A stretch of DNA of 32,000 bases, taken from Halomicronema hongdechloris C2206. GTDB lineage: Bacteria > Cyanobacteriota > Cyanobacteriia > Phormidesmidales > Phormidesmidaceae. Position numbers and translations under genes: made by a program. The notes beneath the pieces were generated by a model that searched no databases, was not told the origin of the DNA, and worked only from the letters and a program-made list of their open reading frames with translations. Positions 15,344 to 23,572 of this stretch are shown here, piece by piece. The stretch is from assembly GCF_002075285.3 (NCBI RefSeq), contig NZ_CP021983.2, forward strand, positions 3,030,001 through 3,062,000. Direction: 5' to 3'. Every line of letters begins with the position of its first letter. Positions within the stretch are counted from its first letter, which is position 1.

Positions 15344-15516
15344 CTGCCTTCCCTATGCCCTCCGGGCAGGCTATGCCAACGGCTTCGTTGCCCCTGCGGG
15401 GCCGCTACGCGAACAGGACAAGCTGCCTTCTGCCTTCTGCCTTTATTTCTGCCTTCCCTATGCCCTCCGGGCAGGCTATGCCAACGGCTTCGTTGCCCCT
15501 GCGGGGCTGCTACGCG
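15344..15516. repeat. 68-bp element present twice (15344-15411 and 15449-15516), MITE-like
   Basis: ctgccttccctatgccctccgggcaggctatgccaacggcttcgttgcccctgcggggc(c/t)gctacgcg occurs twice with a 105-nt offset. It contains a GCCCC-TGC-GGGGC hairpin. Confidence 0.85.
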
Positions 15517-15559
15517 CTTGGCGGAGCCTGACTGAAAGTCATACAGGACAAGCTGCCCT

Positions 15560-15827
15560 CTGCCTTTCTGTTTGCCCTGTTCGCAAGGATTGGTGGGCAA
15601 GCCAAGGGTCTCGACCGTTGCTAAGAGCAGCGGCAATGAATTTGCCCACCCTACCCATTGCTTCTGCCTTCTGCCTTCTGCCTTCTGCCTTCTGCCTTCT
15701 GCCTTTATTTCTGCCTTCTGCCTTCTGCCTTTCTGTTTGCCCTGTTCGCAAGGATTGGTGGGCAAGCCAAGGGTCTCGACCGTTGCTAAGAGCAGCGGCA
15801 ATGAATTTGCCCACCCTACCCATTGCT
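15560..15827. repeat. 103-bp element present twice, identical by eye (15560-15662 and 15725-15827), hairpin-forming
   Basis: ctgcctttctgtttgccctgttcgcaaggattggtgggcaagcc...aatgaatttgcccaccctacccattgct is repeated with a 165-nt offset. It contains the inverted repeat GGTGGGCAA / TTGCCCACC around a ~40-nt loop. Confidence 0.9.
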
Positions 15828-16033
15828 GAGCTAAGAACCCATAAGTTATCTGTAATGACTTGCCAGCGATCTGGCCCCCTAATCCCCCCATTCCCGTTGG
15901 GAAGGCGGTACCGGGTAGCGCCACCGGGCCGCATCGGCATCAGTCGATCCGTCAGCTTGCGTACCCAATTTGGACAAATGCCGTTAAGGTGAACAGGATC
16001 GTTCTGGAATTTAGTCTTCAGGAGAAAAACGCT

Positions 16034-16468
16034 ATGGCTCAGGCTCAAAAAGGCGATACAGTATTAATTCACTACACTGGCAAGCTCACAGATGGCACCG
16101 TCTTCGACTCCTCGGTCGAGCGAGGTCCGCTGCAATTTGACATTGGCGCTGGCAATGTTATCCCCGGTTTTGAAACCGCTGTCATTGGCATGAGCCCCGG
16201 GGACTCCAAAACCGAAACCATTGGCTCTGACCAAGCCTACGGCCCCCATCGAGACGAAATGGTGGTAGTGGTAGACCGTCAGCAAATTCCCGATGAAATT
16301 CCCCTGAACATCGGTCAACAGCTGCAGTTGCAAGGACCAGAAGGGCGTCCGCCCCTGCCGGTACTGGTGACCGAAGTGTCTGACGGCAAAGTCACCCTAG
16401 ATGCCAACCATCCCCTGGCTGGCGAAGACCTGGTCTTTGACATCGAACTGGTTGACATTGTCTCTTAA
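16034..16468 (+). CDS. FKBP-type peptidyl-prolyl cis-trans isomerase (SlyD-like, with insert-in-flap domain)
   Basis: AGGAGA is followed by an ATG at 16034. KGDTVLIHYTGKLTDGTVFDSS...GAGNVIPGFETAVIGM...DANHPLAGEDLVFDIELVDI. Confidence 0.85.
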   Translation: MAQAQKGDTVLIHYTGKLTDGTVFDSSVERGPLQFDIGAGNVIPGFETAVIGMSPGDSKTETIGSDQAYGPHRDEMVVVVDRQQIPDEIPLNIGQQLQLQGPEGRPPLPVLVTEVSDGKVTLDANHPLAGEDLVFDIELVDIVS

Positions 16469-17445
16469 CTCTCCCTGCCCCTGGGCCGGTGCTCCCGGGC
16501 CAACATAGCCACACTCGCCGTCACCAGTATCACCCCTGACAGCTGCACAGGGGTGATGGCTTCTTGGATGGCAACCCAGGCTAACACCACCGTCAAGGCT
16601 GGATTGCTGGCGCCAATCATGGCGGCGGCGGTGGCGCCGATGCCGCGAATGCCGAGGTTGTTCAGGACATGGCCGGCGAAGGTGACCAAGGCCGAGAGCA
16701 ACCCGCCAATCCACAGTGGTCCCCAGGCTGCCGCAGGCACCTGGGAGACATTGCCCCGCCCGAGAGACAGGCTCAGGGTCGAGAGCGCCAGGGTCGTGGC
16801 AAAACTAATCCAGGTAAAGGGAAAGGGATGGACAACGTCGAAGCTTTTTTGGGCATTGACGGTATATAGGGCGTAGGCCACCCCAGCGGCAAGGCCGAAT
16901 AGCACCCCCAACCATGACTGGCTGTCACCGCCACTGGCAGCGGGCATGGTCAGATAGCTGCCCAGCAGAATCAGGCCCATGATCACCCAGCGATAGCGAC
17001 TGGGCCGGGTACCAAACACTCCCCAGGAAAACAGGGCGGTAAATACGGGATAACTGAAAAACAGGGTCAGGGCGATACCGGCCGGCAGCAGGCCGATGGC
17101 CACATAGAGCAGGGCCAGGTAGAGAAACATCAAGCCCCCCCCGGCGATGGCCTGGAGCAGCGGGCGACGTTGGTGGCTACTGCCCAGTTGGCGAATATCC
17201 TTCCACGTGGCCGGATAGAAACCGGCGGCCAGCCCAGCCATCAGGGGCACCACCAGCACCATGCGCATCACCAGCAACAGAAATGAGTTCTCTAGGGTCG
17301 GGGGCACGAAGCCGCCGGTGACGCCGATGCCGAGCACCACCTGTTGGTTGAAGAGAACTCGAACAATGACATTCTGAACGCAGAAAAAGCACGCCGATAG
17401 TAGTACGATGGCAACCCCAAGCACGGGCAGATATCCTGATGACAC
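16465..17445 (-). CDS. EamA/DMT-family transporter
   Basis: 326 aa with about 10 hydrophobic helices arranged as two EamA-like halves. Its stop overlaps the FKBP stop convergently. Confidence 0.75.
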   Translation of the reverse strand: MSSGYLPVLGVAIVLLSACFFCVQNVIVRVLFNQQVVLGIGVTGGFVPPTLENSFLLLVMRMVLVVPLMAGLAAGFYPATWKDIRQLGSSHQRRPLLQAIAGGGLMFLYLALLYVAIGLLPAGIALTLFFSYPVFTALFSWGVFGTRPSRYRWVIMGLILLGSYLTMPAASGGDSQSWLGVLFGLAAGVAYALYTVNAQKSFDVVHPFPFTWISFATTLALSTLSLSLGRGNVSQVPAAAWGPLWIGGLLSALVTFAGHVLNNLGIRGIGATAAAMIGASNPALTVVLAWVAIQEAITPVQLSGVILVTASVAMLAREHRPRGRES

Positions 17446-17472
17446 GACAATGCAACCTGGCCGCTGCTCTCT

Positions 17473-19308
17473 CTAATCCAGAGACTGACGATAGTCGGCC
17501 AGCAGCGTGGGCAGGTAGTCATACCCATCGACCCCGATCTGCTTCAGGAAGCCACTGCGATAGTTAGCCAGGGTGTCTGTAAATCTGCCGGCACCCAGTT
17601 GGCCATAGAGAATGCTGACCACCCCTGCCGGTTGCCGCCAGTGCTCTGAATCGATCTGATGGAGCAGATACATGGCTAGACAGCCGGTGAAAATAGCCAT
17701 GTCTAGGGTGTCCAGGCCGCGATAGGCACTGGCCATATAGGCATAATTCATGCCCTGAAGAAACTGATCGCCGATGTCGTGGGCCACCCGCAGTCCCTGC
17801 TCCAGAGACTCTAAAGCAGCATCATAGCGGCCCAGCATCACCTGGGCCATGCCCAAACTATTGGCGCAGAGGGCCTGACTAGGACGGTCGCCCAGCTGTT
17901 GGCCCAGGGCCAACCCCTGCTGTAAGTAGGTCAAGGTCGATTCATACTGCTGGGGCTGCAGGGACTGCTGCCGGGCTTGGCAGACTTGGCTATAGCCATA
18001 GTTGGCCAGGGCATTGGCTTCTCCCAGCCGATCGCCGGCTTGCCGGGCCATGATCAGGGCTCGCTGGCTGTCATCGATGGCCTGCTGAAATTGCTCTGCC
18101 ATCACGGCGGTGCGGCTGAGGTGGTTGAGGTTGGCGATTTCGCAACGGGTATCGCCGGCTTGGCGGGCGCTATCGAGGGCGCGGTGATGGAACTGTTGCG
18201 CCACCGTATAGCGCCCTAAGGCCCGCTGGGAGTAGCCCAACAGCGTCAGGATACGGGCCTTGCCAGCGGTGTTGGGCTCCTGCTTCAGGGGTTGGTCCAG
18301 GTAATCTAACAGCACCTGCAGGGATTCCCCCGAGAGGGCGGCAAATAGCCCACCGTAGAGGGGAAAGTAGTCTTGCTGGGCAAATTGATAGAGCACCTGC
18401 AGGGTCATCTGAAAGCAGCCCTGCACCAGGTTGGACTGTCCCAGGTGCTGTAGGCGAGCCCGCAGCTGACTCCAGACCACGGCAAAGGTGAGGTAGGTGG
18501 CGATGGACAGGCGTTTGCCCGCCCTGGAATCGTAGGGCTGCTGATCAAACCAACTGACCAGGCCCAGTTGTAGCCGCTGCAATACCCAGGCCAGGGCCAA
18601 CCAATCGCAGACGGACAAGGGGTGCGGGATGCCGGTTGCCGTGATGGTCTGATGCTGGGCCAGATCTGCGAAGATACTGTGCAGGGGGTGTTGCTTAATG
18701 ACTTGAGCCCAGTGGGGCCAGGGACCTCGCTGCCGCTGATTGTCAAAGCCTAAGGAGGGTTGACTCTGGTCGTAGATCCAGCTGATGGCATGGCCCTGAA
18801 GCTGTTGCCAGGTGTCGAGGCCTCCCTGCAGGCCCCGAGCTAAGTCCTGCAGGGAGGGCGCGGCATCCTCCGGAGAAGCTGCCGTCTGCAACTGACGCCC
18901 CAATTGCCGCACCTGATCGCGGCTGAGGGGGTGGGGCTGATTGATATCTAGGGCTTGTAGCAGTCGTGGCAGCCGCTCTTGGGGCTCGGCACTGGTGAGG
19001 CGAGCTAGGGTTTGGCTGAGGATGGCTTGGACCTGATTGGCCTGTTGCCAGCGTTCCCATTCGCTCTGGAGGGTCTTGAGGGCCCGCTGTTGGCGGGTGG
19101 CTTTGGCTTGCTGTAGCTCATCGGGGTCAGTGGCTAGAACCTGTTCGATGGCATCAAAGCGGTCTTGCAGACAGCGCTCGAACAGTTCTCCGGTGCCGAT
19201 CTCGACCTCGGATTGCAACCTCTGGTAAATCTGCTCCTTGGAACGCACTTGGCCCTTGAGGATGGCGGTGACGATGCCCTCGATCAAATCCTGATAGCGA
19301 TTGCCCAT
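17473..19308 (-). CDS. TPR-repeat protein with long helical N-terminal region
   Basis: The C-terminal half has repeated TPR_12-like units (GDRLGEANALANYGYSQ, GDRPSQALCANSLGMAQVMLGRYDAALESLEQGL, etc.). Confidence 0.7.
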   Translation of the reverse strand: MGNRYQDLIEGIVTAILKGQVRSKEQIYQRLQSEVEIGTGELFERCLQDRFDAIEQVLATDPDELQQAKATRQQRALKTLQSEWERWQQANQVQAILSQTLARLTSAEPQERLPRLLQALDINQPHPLSRDQVRQLGRQLQTAASPEDAAPSLQDLARGLQGGLDTWQQLQGHAISWIYDQSQPSLGFDNQRQRGPWPHWAQVIKQHPLHSIFADLAQHQTITATGIPHPLSVCDWLALAWVLQRLQLGLVSWFDQQPYDSRAGKRLSIATYLTFAVVWSQLRARLQHLGQSNLVQGCFQMTLQVLYQFAQQDYFPLYGGLFAALSGESLQVLLDYLDQPLKQEPNTAGKARILTLLGYSQRALGRYTVAQQFHHRALDSARQAGDTRCEIANLNHLSRTAVMAEQFQQAIDDSQRALIMARQAGDRLGEANALANYGYSQVCQARQQSLQPQQYESTLTYLQQGLALGQQLGDRPSQALCANSLGMAQVMLGRYDAALESLEQGLRVAHDIGDQFLQGMNYAYMASAYRGLDTLDMAIFTGCLAMYLLHQIDSEHWRQPAGVVSILYGQLGAGRFTDTLANYRSGFLKQIGVDGYDYLPTLLADYRQSLD

Positions 19309-19769
19309 AGACTTTAGCGTGGCTACCGCTTCAGCCTAGCAAAGGTGATCGGAAAATCTGGATCGGGGTGCAGTATCCCAAAGATGCGATCGCAACTATT
19401 TGCTCAGGGGCACTGACCTGGCCCAGCTGAAAGTCCGTCAGCAAGCCCAGTGGGGGGGCGTCTGCTAGGGGCGCCAGCGGATTGAGTTTATTAAATTAAT
19501 CATCGAAACGGCCTGCCTACAGGCAACTATGGCAAGATCTAATAGTGAGGCACAGGATGACCATGCCCCCCTTAACCTGAGGCAATAGGCTATACCTCAC
19601 CCAGACAGGAAATGCTGTAAAAACTAGCATGTCAGAGCGCCTAATCAGCCTCTGAGCCCAGACTTGCAGCCGAGTGATTGAGCATGGCGTCTAGCGGGTC
19701 CAGCCTCTGTCCCTAAACGACAGACGCTGGGTAGTAGATGATGACAGCCAATGCTAGAAGGAGGATGCG

Positions 19770-20351
19770 ATGCGGCGTGACTACTCGATTCCGTTGTCGC
19801 TGCTATCAGTCCTGTTGTTGGCTGGGGCAGCCCCAGCCGAAGCGCCGCCGTCAGAGCTCCGCTCTACTAACGTGCGTCGGCTCCTGATCACCAACAGCTG
19901 CAGCCGCTGTGATCTAGCCGGCGTCGATTTAAGCGGCGCCCACCTGATTGGGGCCGATTTGCGAGAAGCAGATCTCACTGGCGCCAATCTCACCGGGGCC
20001 AATCTAGAAGGCGCCGACTTGACCGCCGCCAATCTCACCGGGGCCAATCTTACCGGCAGCTTTTTGACCAATGCCAGCCTGGTTCGGGCCGATCTGGACA
20101 ACGCCAATTTAACCCAGGCCCAGCTCTACTACGTGAATGTCACTGGGGCATCGATGGAGAACCTCAATCTGGCTGAGGCCACGGTAGTAGGCACGCCTAT
20201 TAGCATCGGCGGTAGCCTGGATCCCTCCCAGGCAAACACTGCTCCGACAGTCAGGCCCCACGAACTATGGGAGTTGGAGCCTCCCAGGGAACCGGGCGCC
20301 TTCCCCCACGACCTGCTAGATGTGCCGGTGCAGATCATGCCTCAGGTATAA
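19770..20351 (+). CDS. pentapeptide-repeat protein with signal peptide
   Basis: AAGGAGG lies upstream. Signal peptide LSLLSVLLLAGAAPAEA. A long A(D/N)LxG run follows: ADLREADLTGANLTGANLEGADLTAANLTGANLTG. Confidence 0.85.
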   Translation: MRRDYSIPLSLLSVLLLAGAAPAEAPPSELRSTNVRRLLITNSCSRCDLAGVDLSGAHLIGADLREADLTGANLTGANLEGADLTAANLTGANLTGSFLTNASLVRADLDNANLTQAQLYYVNVTGASMENLNLAEATVVGTPISIGGSLDPSQANTAPTVRPHELWELEPPREPGAFPHDLLDVPVQIMPQV

Positions 20352-20360
20352 GGAACCGCA

Positions 20361-21079
20361 TCACCCGCCATGGGCAGGAGGGGCCAGGGCCTCGAAGCCG
20401 GAGATAATATCCAGCAGTTCGTCGGTAATGGTGTCTTGGCGCTGCTGCTGGAAGGTGGTTTTTAGCTCAGCTAGGCGCTCTTCGATGTTTTTCTCGGCAA
20501 TTTGCATGGCGGCTAGGCGGCTGGCATTTTCGCTGGCGAGAGATTCAGCACAGGCGCGATAGAGACGAATAAACCCTTGTTGCTGAAACACGGCAGAAAA
20601 GAGGCGGTTGCTATCTAGGGTAATTTGGGGACGGCACCGGCACGGCCAGGGCTGTCGTTGCAATGTCTGTAGATAGAGGTAACTGAGGGGAAATAGCTGC
20701 ACCAAGGTAGGGGTTGATTGGGTGCCTGCGGCAGGACGGTTATGAAAGACCCAGATATGATCTACCTGGCCGCTTTGCCGCCAGGACTCTAGTACAAGAC
20801 AGCGGAAGTTTTATAACCATAGCGTGAGCGTCTTGCTCACGTCGCGGGCAAGATGCCCGCACTCTCAATGGTCGGCTTATTTATGCCATGCACTACTAGT
20901 TGCATCACGATTTGCTGCACTAGGGGAGTGATGCCAACAATAGAGCCCGGCACCGATAGGCATTCTTCTAGGGGGTGATGGGCCAGGCGTAGGGCGTCGG
21001 CCATGCGACTGCCAAAGACTAGTTGCGCCCTATCAAGAGCACGACCAACAGCAGCCATGGCCGTCCGCAATCTGGCCAT
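20361..21079 (-). pseudogene. F-type ATPase gamma-subunit-like gene (N-ATPase-like flavour), shortened and interrupted
   Basis: The C-terminus CAESLASENASRLAAMQIAEKNIEERLAELKTTFQQQRQDTITDELLDIISGFEAL fits the gamma signature ASE..R..AM..A..N...L....RQ..IT.EL.(E/D)I.SG..A. Upstream pieces LVFGS, GITPLVQQIV and VFHNRP also fit. The two reading-frame pieces are separated by a 107-nt insert. AGGAGGATAAT-ATG at 21079. Confidence 0.7.
20790..20896. mobile_element. 107-bp insertion (MITE-like) flanked by CTAGT direct repeats inside the gamma-like gene
   Basis: CTAGT is found at 20789-20793 and 20896-20900. The insert carries hairpins GCGGGCA-AGA-TGCCCGC and GTGAGC-GTCTT-GCTCAC. Removing 107 nt joins ...VQQIVMQL to ESWRQSGQVDHIWVFHNRP... 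in frame. Confidence 0.55.
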
Positions 21080-21123
21080 ATTATCCTCCTGGTTTTATCC
21101 ATCTGACCACAGGGGGCTGTTGC

Positions 21124-21372
21124 TTACTCGGCCGTTGACTCGGGGGATGCCTGGGGCTCAATCTCTGCCGCTGACCGACTGGTCATCGTGTCTTCCAACT
21201 GGTGATCGTGATGACGTTGATTGGTCAGGGATTCCCGAGCTTCCGCCTGGATGGCGGCATCACTGAGATCAGTAAGCTCCTCTTCGCTGCGCTCCTGCAT
21301 GGACTGTTGCAGATGGTGTTGTTTCTGCCGCTGTTGAGCCAAGTGTTGCCGCGCCGTATCTTGGGTATTCAT
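21124..21372 (-). CDS. hypothetical acidic/Gln-rich small protein
   Basis: 82-aa ORF with GAAGGA 8 nt upstream of the ATG. Low-complexity sequence, no family recognised. Confidence 0.35.
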   Translation of the reverse strand: MNTQDTARQHLAQQRQKQHHLQQSMQERSEEELTDLSDAAIQAEARESLTNQRHHDHQLEDTMTSRSAAEIEPQASPESTAE

Positions 21373-21681
21373 CTCAATATTCCTTCATGTCTTTTAGAGC
21401 AAACCTGCGAGACTAGCTGCCGGGAAATAGGGACACTAACTTATCCCCGCCCCAAACATTGGGCCAATGCTTTGGGGGAGTGACTATCTCCTGAAACAGA
21501 TCTCGCAGAGGTGATCCCTCCAGGTTTTACTCTAGATAGAGAAGTTGAGGATATTGTGAAGACTTCAGCTTCGATCTCTAGGGCGCTAGGGCAGACGCCA
21601 GACAGCATTAGGCAGACAGAGAATTCCTGATAACTGTAGCCTTGACGTTTAGTCAAAGCTGCGCTGTGTCGCCGCCGCTGC

Positions 21682-22509
21682 CTAAGATGACTCCTGGGCC
21701 TGGACGCGCTGTAGTCGATTTAAGATGCGATTGGCCAGATCTGCTGCCATCACAGGCTTACTGATGAAATCATCGACTCCGACCTGGAAGGCCTGTTGCT
21801 GGGTGGGAATATCTTCATGAACAGTCAGGATTAAAATTGGCAACTGCCGCCAGCGGTCATCGGCCCGAAGGACACGGCAAATCTCTAATCGATTGATCTG
21901 AGGCATTTCCACGTCCAGCACCAGCAGGCGGGGTCGCACGGCCTCTAGGGTCGGCAAGAGCTGGGTGGGATCGGCTAGGGTCGTCAGCTGAAATCCCCAG
22001 GGAGAAAGCACCGCTTGCAGCAGCTCTAAGACTTGGGAGTCATCGTCTAAGATGAGGACTTTGTGGGCTGCACCCGTTGTGTGTAAGCTTTCCTGGATGA
22101 TTTCAAGGGCATGTTGAGGCGAGATCGATGGGAGGAGCAGTCGATCAGCTCCCCGTTGCACCATCTGCAGTCGTTGTTGAAAATCCTGGGTATCGGTGAC
22201 CAGCAATGACGGGATGTGTTCGCCGTGATCGGTGAGGGCATCCAACAGGGTCATTCCAATGTCAAGGGTAGCTTGATCGATCCAGAGTAAGACCCCAGCG
22301 GGGAGCTGGGTTCGCAGTAAGGCCAGGGCTTGGCTAGGGGTAGCGACGACGGTACAGCGGAGGCCCATTGCCAAGGCTGCTGCAGACACCCGCTGGTTGA
22401 AGGGGGCAGTTGCGCCCACGACCCAAAGTTGGGGCGCACTTGCGATCGCAGCTGAGACCACCGCATGGCTAGAATCGCAGTTTAAATTCTGGCGCAGCCG
22501 CTGTACCAA
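21682..22509 (-). CDS. response regulator with C-terminal receiver domain and N-terminal receiver-like domain, no DNA-binding output
   Basis: KVLILDDDSQVLELL...LLVLDVEMPQINRLEICRVLR...PILILTVHED...DDFISKP are canonical REC motifs. The 5' end is uncertain because the ORF begins at a TTG or GTG. Confidence 0.75.
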   Translation of the reverse strand: MVQRLRQNLNCDSSHAVVSAAIASAPQLWVVGATAPFNQRVSAAALAMGLRCTVVATPSQALALLRTQLPAGVLLWIDQATLDIGMTLLDALTDHGEHIPSLLVTDTQDFQQRLQMVQRGADRLLLPSISPQHALEIIQESLHTTGAAHKVLILDDDSQVLELLQAVLSPWGFQLTTLADPTQLLPTLEAVRPRLLVLDVEMPQINRLEICRVLRADDRWRQLPILILTVHEDIPTQQQAFQVGVDDFISKPVMAADLANRILNRLQRVQAQESS

Positions 22510-22696
22510 GGTGTTGACCCGCGATGCCTGCTGTCTGCTACCTAAGATGCAGTCTAGTATCCTCTAACGTTTGATTAGTTATTAGTCGCTGGGGCTTATC
22601 CGCAGCCAGACTCAGGATGGCCTACGCTATATCTGGCCCGCAACCATCTCAAGTCTGATCACGATTGCGGCAGCCTGCCTTTTACCGTGTTGTTCT

Positions 22697-23521
22697 ATGA
22701 TTACCGACTGGCTTGATGTATCTCCCGCCCCCAACTATGTCCTGACCCGCTATATGTTGGAACCCATAGACGTTGTGCTGCAGCTGCAGAGCCCTCATTT
22801 TCCTGAGGAGTTGCAGGTGCAAGTCTGGACTAACTTACCCACTCGTTTCAATGGTGACGGGACTTGGTATGCCATCGAAATTCCTTACCTAGAGACTAGC
22901 CATGGCCACTACCGGTTTCAAGGCAGCCTACGCCCCACTAGCCCTGGTGATTTCGAGTTGACCTATCGGGTCAGCCACCGGGCCAATCCCGAGATGATGC
23001 AGTGGCTGGCTGGCCCCCGTGACAATGCTGTCCTGCGAGTGGCTCCGCCAGCCCCAGATCAAGAATGGACCCAACGGCCCAATCCCACCGAAATCATGCC
23101 CGGGGTATATGTGGGGAACTTTATGGCGGCTTCTCAGGCGGAAGCGCTTGGGTTCGATGCCGTCCTCAATATGGCAGAGGAGTTAAATCCTACCGTGGGC
23201 AATGGCATTGCCTATGGCAAATTAGCCTGCCGAGATGGTGCTGGCCACCCGATTCCAGAGGACCATTTGCAAGCGGCCGTAGCCTGGATTGAGCACCAGC
23301 TAGCTCAGGGCAAACAACGAGTCTTGGTCCATTGTCGGGCTGGTATTGGTCGTAGCGGGTCGGTTGGGGTGGCTTACTGCTTTTACAAACACCCCCAGTG
23401 GAGTTATGCCCAAGCCCTAGACTACGTCTGGAGCAAAAAGCCAGATGTGTATCCCCATCGCCAGTTGCAGGAGAGTCTAGAGCGATTATTTCCCCGCGCT
23501 GGTAGCCGCTCAAATAAATAA
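22697..23521 (+). CDS. dual-specificity protein phosphatase with ~125-aa N-terminal beta-rich domain
   Basis: P-loop VLVHCRAGIGRSGSV (HCxxGxxRS). The general-acid region ACRDGAGHPIP lies upstream of it. The N-terminal domain is rich in W, Y and F beta-strand patterns. Confidence 0.75.
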   Translation: MITDWLDVSPAPNYVLTRYMLEPIDVVLQLQSPHFPEELQVQVWTNLPTRFNGDGTWYAIEIPYLETSHGHYRFQGSLRPTSPGDFELTYRVSHRANPEMMQWLAGPRDNAVLRVAPPAPDQEWTQRPNPTEIMPGVYVGNFMAASQAEALGFDAVLNMAEELNPTVGNGIAYGKLACRDGAGHPIPEDHLQAAVAWIEHQLAQGKQRVLVHCRAGIGRSGSVGVAYCFYKHPQWSYAQALDYVWSKKPDVYPHRQLQESLERLFPRAGSRSNK

Positions 23522-23572
23522 ATTGCCCCCCTACTACGCCAAGACCTCAGCCACTCACGCCGTAGCCTATTA

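Larger units (their letters stand above)
15233..15827. repeat. repeat-rich non-coding region with STRR-like heptamer tracts
   Basis: (GAAGGAT)x3 at 15233-15253. (CTGCCTT)n tracts at 15330-15350, 15423-15443 and 15664-15705 (six units), each followed by TATTT-CTGCCTT. Larger duplicated elements are embedded and listed separately. Confidence 0.9.

Noticed and set aside
15310-16048. ORFs of 204, 169, 85 and 124 aa across the heptamer/MITE thicket.
   Set aside because: Their sequences are translations of CTGCCTT heptamers and the duplicated elements (RRQKAEG repeats, duplicated peptide blocks). They overlap one another on both strands and have no start context.
20837-21079. The 80-aa ORF treated as an independent small gene.
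   Set aside because: Its sequence is collinear with the N-terminal and middle parts of ATPase gamma. It joins the downstream gamma C-terminus in frame once the 107-bp insert is removed, so it is annotated as part of one interrupted gene.
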